Of a stretch of DNA of 28,826 nucleotides, positions 25,459 through 28,826 are shown piece after piece (within the stretch, counting starts at the first letter, position 1; each line of letters begins with the position of its first letter). Source of the stretch: Bacteroidota bacterium (GTDB taxonomy: Bacteria; Bacteroidota; Bacteroidia; Chitinophagales; Chitinophagaceae); assembly GCA_018267795.1 (NCBI GenBank), contig JAFDXS010000001.1:1-28826 (forward strand), in the 5' to 3' direction. The notes beneath the pieces are model-generated. The model did not search any database and had not been told where the DNA came from. It saw only the letters and a program-made list of their open reading frames with translations. The translations under genes were made by a program, and so were the position numbers.

Positions 25459-26637
25459 TTATTTAAAGGCATTGATACCTGTTACATCCATACCTGTTAT
25501 CAGCAGGTGTATATCATGGGTGCCCTCATAGGTAACTACAGATTCAAGGTTCATCATGTGGCGCATGATGCTGAATTCGCCGGTTATGCCCATGCCGCCG
25601 AGTATCTGGCGAGCTTCGCGGGCTATCTTCAGGGCTACATCACAGCTATTGCGCTTGGCCATAGATATCTGTGCTGGCGTTGCCCGGTCTTCGTTGCGCA
25701 ATACGCCAAGTCTCCAGTTAAGCAACTGGCTTTTGGTGATCTCAGTAATCATTTCTGCCAGTTTCTTCTGTGTGAGCTGGAAGCCAGCTATAGGCTTGCC
25801 AAACTGTACGCGCTGCAAAGAATAGCGAAGTGCTGTATCGTAGCAGTCCATAGCGCAACCCAGGGCGCCCCAGGCTATACCATAGCGTGCGCTGGAAAGG
25901 CAGCTTAAAGGCCCTTTCAGTCCTTTTACGCCAGGAAGTATATTTTCTTTAGGCACTTTTACATTATCAAACACCAGCTCCCCGGTAGCAGAAGCACGAA
26001 GCGACCATTTGCCATGGGTTTCAGGTGTAGAAAAACCTTCCATGCCTCTTTCTACAATTAGTCCATGAATTTCCCCTTTTTCATTCTTTGCCCACACCAC
26101 AGCTATATCAGCAAAAGGTGCGTTAGAAATCCACATTTTGGAGCCATTCAGTACCACATGATCACCAGCATCAGTAAAGTTGCTAAGCATGCCAGCCGGG
26201 TCAGAACCATGGTTAGGCTCAGTAAGGCCAAAACATCCCATCATTTCGCCTGTAGCCAGCTTAGGCAGATACTTATGCTTTTGCTCTTCACTGCCAAACT
26301 TATAAATTGGGAACATAACCAACGAACCCTGTACCGATGCCGTAGAACGGATGCCAGAGTCACCTCGTTCCAGTTCCTGCATCATAATGCCATAGGTAGT
26401 ATAATCAAGCCCTGCACCGCCATATTCCTGGGGAACAAATGGACCGAAGCAACCCAGCTCGCCCAGGCCCTTTATTATCTGCTTTGGGAAAGCTGCTTTT
26501 TGGGCATAATCTTCAATAATAGGGGAAATCTCTTTCTTAACATAAGCCCTTACAGTATCGCGTATTAATTTTTGTTCGTCTGTAAGCAGTTCGTCAACGA
26601 GGTAATAGTCAGGATGTTGGTATTGGTCTTTTTGCAT
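25459..26637 (-). CDS. Acyl-CoA dehydrogenase, glutaryl-CoA dehydrogenase-like
   Basis: ELERGDSGIRS; GCFGLTEPNHGSDP; KWSLRASATGEL; TYEGTHDIH; TACCTTTG box at 26669-26676. Confidence 0.92.
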   Translation of the reverse strand: MQKDQYQHPDYYLVDELLTDEQKLIRDTVRAYVKKEISPIIEDYAQKAAFPKQIIKGLGELGCFGPFVPQEYGGAGLDYTTYGIMMQELERGDSGIRSTASVQGSLVMFPIYKFGSEEQKHKYLPKLATGEMMGCFGLTEPNHGSDPAGMLSNFTDAGDHVVLNGSKMWISNAPFADIAVVWAKNEKGEIHGLIVERGMEGFSTPETHGKWSLRASATGELVFDNVKVPKENILPGVKGLKGPLSCLSSARYGIAWGALGCAMDCYDTALRYSLQRVQFGKPIAGFQLTQKKLAEMITEITKSQLLNWRLGVLRNEDRATPAQISMAKRNSCDVALKIAREARQILGGMGITGEFSIMRHMMNLESVVTYEGTHDIHLLITGMDVTGINAFK

Positions 26638-26967
26638 AAATATGTTAAAATTGGCACAATTGGTGGCGCAAAGGTAGCATTTTTGACAGACACGATATAT
26701 TTTTACGTGATTTCTGCCAAGGATTTCTATAAATTTTACGTCTTATATCCCTATAGTCGAAATCCATAATGCTTGAAAGACAATACAGATATAGCTTGTC
26801 CGTTTATCGAACAGTAAATACGGAAAAATATTGAAAAATCTGCTTATTTGTGGAACATGTTTTGTGGGTATATTATTTAAGGAATCATTAAGAACCTGGT
26901 TCAAACCAATTCAAAATTATTCCTGTCTAAGTTAAGTATTGTATAGTTAATTAAATTTTATTAGTTT

Positions 26968-27825
26968 ATGAGGCAGTTAAAGATTGCCACCCAGATTACA
27001 AACCGTGATTCCCAGGCTGTAGAAAAATACCTCCAGGAAATCAGCAAGATCTCTATGATCACACCGGAAGAAGAAACCACGCTTGCCCAGAAGATACACA
27101 TGGGCGATCAGCGTGCGTTGGAAAAATTGGTGAAGGCCAATCTTCGTTTCGTGGTTTCGGTGGCAAAACAGTATCAGCACCAGGGTTTATCTCTGAGTGA
27201 CCTGATAAATGAAGGTAATTTAGGTCTTATCAAAGCTGCACAGCGCTTTGATGAAACCAAAGGTTTTAAATTCATCTCTTACGCTGTATGGTGGATTCGC
27301 CAGTCAATATTGCAGGCCTTGGCCGAGCAAGGTCGTCTTGTGCGCTTACCGCAGAACAAAATAGGTACCTATAATAAGGCTAACAAGGCTTTTATAGCAT
27401 TTGAACAGGAAAACGAACGTGAACCATCTACTGAAGAATTGGCAGATATCCTCGATATGAGCGAAACTGAAGTGACCAATATCTTCACCAGCAATTCACG
27501 CCACACATCATTGGATGCTCCTGTGCATGAAGCTGAAGATGTAGCTATGGGTGACCTGCTTGAAGGTAGTAGCGATACAGATGATGATGTAATGAAAGAT
27601 TCACTTCGTGCTGAGATCCGCCGTATCCTTAAGTCACTTAGCGTTCGTGAAGCTGAAATTTTAGCAGCTTATTTCGGACTGGAAGGCGATAACGGACCGA
27701 GCATTGAAGAAATAGGTGAAAAATACGATCTGACAAAAGAACGTATTCGCCAGATAAAAGAACGCGCTATCAAGCGTCTGCAAAAGGCACGCTACAGCAA
27801 TGCGCTGAAAGTATATTTAGGTTAG
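26968..27825 (+). CDS. RpoD/SigA-family RNA polymerase sigma factor (short Bacteroidota type, lacking region 1.1)
   Basis: ANLRFVVSVAKQY; DLINEGNLGLIKAAQRFD; FKFISYAVWWIRQ; region 4 LTKERIRQIKE. Confidence 0.95.
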   Translation: MRQLKIATQITNRDSQAVEKYLQEISKISMITPEEETTLAQKIHMGDQRALEKLVKANLRFVVSVAKQYQHQGLSLSDLINEGNLGLIKAAQRFDETKGFKFISYAVWWIRQSILQALAEQGRLVRLPQNKIGTYNKANKAFIAFEQENEREPSTEELADILDMSETEVTNIFTSNSRHTSLDAPVHEAEDVAMGDLLEGSSDTDDDVMKDSLRAEIRRILKSLSVREAEILAAYFGLEGDNGPSIEEIGEKYDLTKERIRQIKERAIKRLQKARYSNALKVYLG

Positions 27826-27846
27826 TAGTATATCGCTTCCTTTAGT

Positions 27847-27882
27847 AAAAGATCCGCAGTTTTTATCTGCGGATCTTTTTTT
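27847..27882. terminator. Bidirectional intrinsic terminator
   Basis: AAAA-GATCCGCAG-N7-CTGCGGATC-TTTTTTT between convergent genes. Confidence 0.85.
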
Positions 27883-28825
27883 ATCTCTTCTGCAAGCGGA
27901 ATATGATATTAGAGGTGAATTTAGTATTGTCTAGCATTTCTAACGACATATCATGCTTCTTTGCAAAATGCTCTACAAATGCCTTGCTTATAAAGTGCAG
28001 TTCATTTTGTGTCTTATTAAAGCTAAATACCTGTGTTGACAATACTTCGGTGAGCTTTGTGCCCTTGTGTCTCTCTTTAAGTTCTGTTAGCCCATCCCTT
28101 ATTATTATTATGCCCTTCCCCTTCAATACAGAATAACATTTTTCGAGTAAGGCTTCCTGCTGTTGGGGCAATAAGTAATGTAATACATCACTTATTATAA
28201 TACCATCACAGCCTCCCAATTCATATTGGGTAATATCGGCTTGTTCGAAACGGAGCTGTTCGTCTCTAAGAAAGTTATGCGCTGCTGTTTCTATTTTGTC
28301 TTCGTCATAATCTATGCCTGTAAAGCTTCTACCCGGCGCAGCCCAATGTAGCATATAGGACATAAAGCCATAGCCGCAGCCCAAATCATAAAAAGTACCC
28401 TCGCGAGGTATGAGCGAATGGAATTGTTCATAATAGTTTTCAGATTTAGTTTTAATCCTGCAATACCATTCTAATACTGGTCCTTTGTACAAATATGATT
28501 TAATCAACTGCTCTTTGAAATAGGATGGTGTTTCATTTTTTTCTTTAATAAGAGCATATTCATTGCGCATCCAGCGGCCTATTAATTTAGCGCGTTCGCT
28601 ATAATTAGTTCCCAGAGAAACATCACCATACTTTATTCGTGGATATATATATACTGAGCAACTACCGTTCTTAAGCAGCCAGTCTTTCTTCTGCATGGTA
28701 TAATGCAAACCATGAAGTATGAGTGGCACAATATCCAGCTTTAATTCCTCTGCAATAAAAAACGCCCCTTTATGAAAGCGCTTGATATTGCCATCATATG
28801 AGCGTGTGCCTTCAGGAAATACTAC
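27881..28825 (-). CDS. 5'-truncated fusion: lysophospholipid (PlsC-type) acyltransferase plus class I SAM methyltransferase
   Basis: The frame stays open to the window edge and reads VVFPEGTRSYDGNIKRFHKGAF (LPLAT motif III) before the listed ORF; SAM motif FYDLGCGYG and IIISDVLHY follow. Confidence 0.88.
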   Translation of the reverse strand, partial: VVFPEGTRSYDGNIKRFHKGAFFIAEELKLDIVPLILHGLHYTMQKKDWLLKNGSCSVYIYPRIKYGDVSLGTNYSERAKLIGRWMRNEYALIKEKNETPSYFKEQLIKSYLYKGPVLEWYCRIKTKSENYYEQFHSLIPREGTFYDLGCGYGFMSYMLHWAAPGRSFTGIDYDEDKIETAAHNFLRDEQLRFEQADITQYELGGCDGIIISDVLHYLLPQQQEALLEKCYSVLKGKGIIIIRDGLTELKERHKGTKLTEVLSTQVFSFNKTQNELHFISKAFVEHFAKKHDMSLEMLDNTKFTSNIIFRLQKR

Positions 28826-28826
28826 T

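Noticed and set aside
26895-26910. GGTTCAAACC resembling a tRNA T-loop
   Set aside because: The T-stem does not pair beyond one base and no cloverleaf can be built
1-28826. CRISPR array, IS or integrase, rRNA, known defence systems
   Set aside because: No regularly spaced repeats, transposase or recombinase motifs, rRNA-like sequence or recognisable defence genes were found by eye

Overview
A mostly housekeeping, gene-dense window from a Bacteroidota genome, most likely Chitinophagales. The assignment rests on repeated TAnnTTTG -7 promoter boxes, a T9SS C-terminal domain, a short region-1.1-less RpoD-type sigma, pyrR-pyrB and gyrA followed by a TPR gene. Recognisable genes are gyrA, smpB, accD, pyrB, pyrR, an RpoD-family sigma, an MsbA-like ABC transporter, a TetA-like MFS pump, an LpxL-type acyltransferase, two fatty-acid desaturases, two cold-shock proteins, saccharopine dehydrogenase, a glutaryl-CoA-type acyl-CoA dehydrogenase and the 3' end of an acyltransferase-methyltransferase fusion. 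I found no rRNA, tRNA, CRISPR array, integrase or transposase. The most interesting part is 5.8-10.8 kb, a near mirror-symmetric locus: acyltransferase > desaturase > csp > DUF763 < csp < desaturase. Its central DUF763 protein carries a helix-hairpin-helix motif and ends in QLRLF, a beta-clamp-binding-type motif, and it appears to be transcribed leaderless. Secondary leads are an orphan UUCG terminator suggesting a ~100 nt sRNA amid AT-rich small ORFs (0-1.3 kb), a 33-aa acidic loop in the GyrA CTD, an AraC-VOC-DinB module and a REP-like element. All family assignments come from motif recognition by eye; no database search was run.
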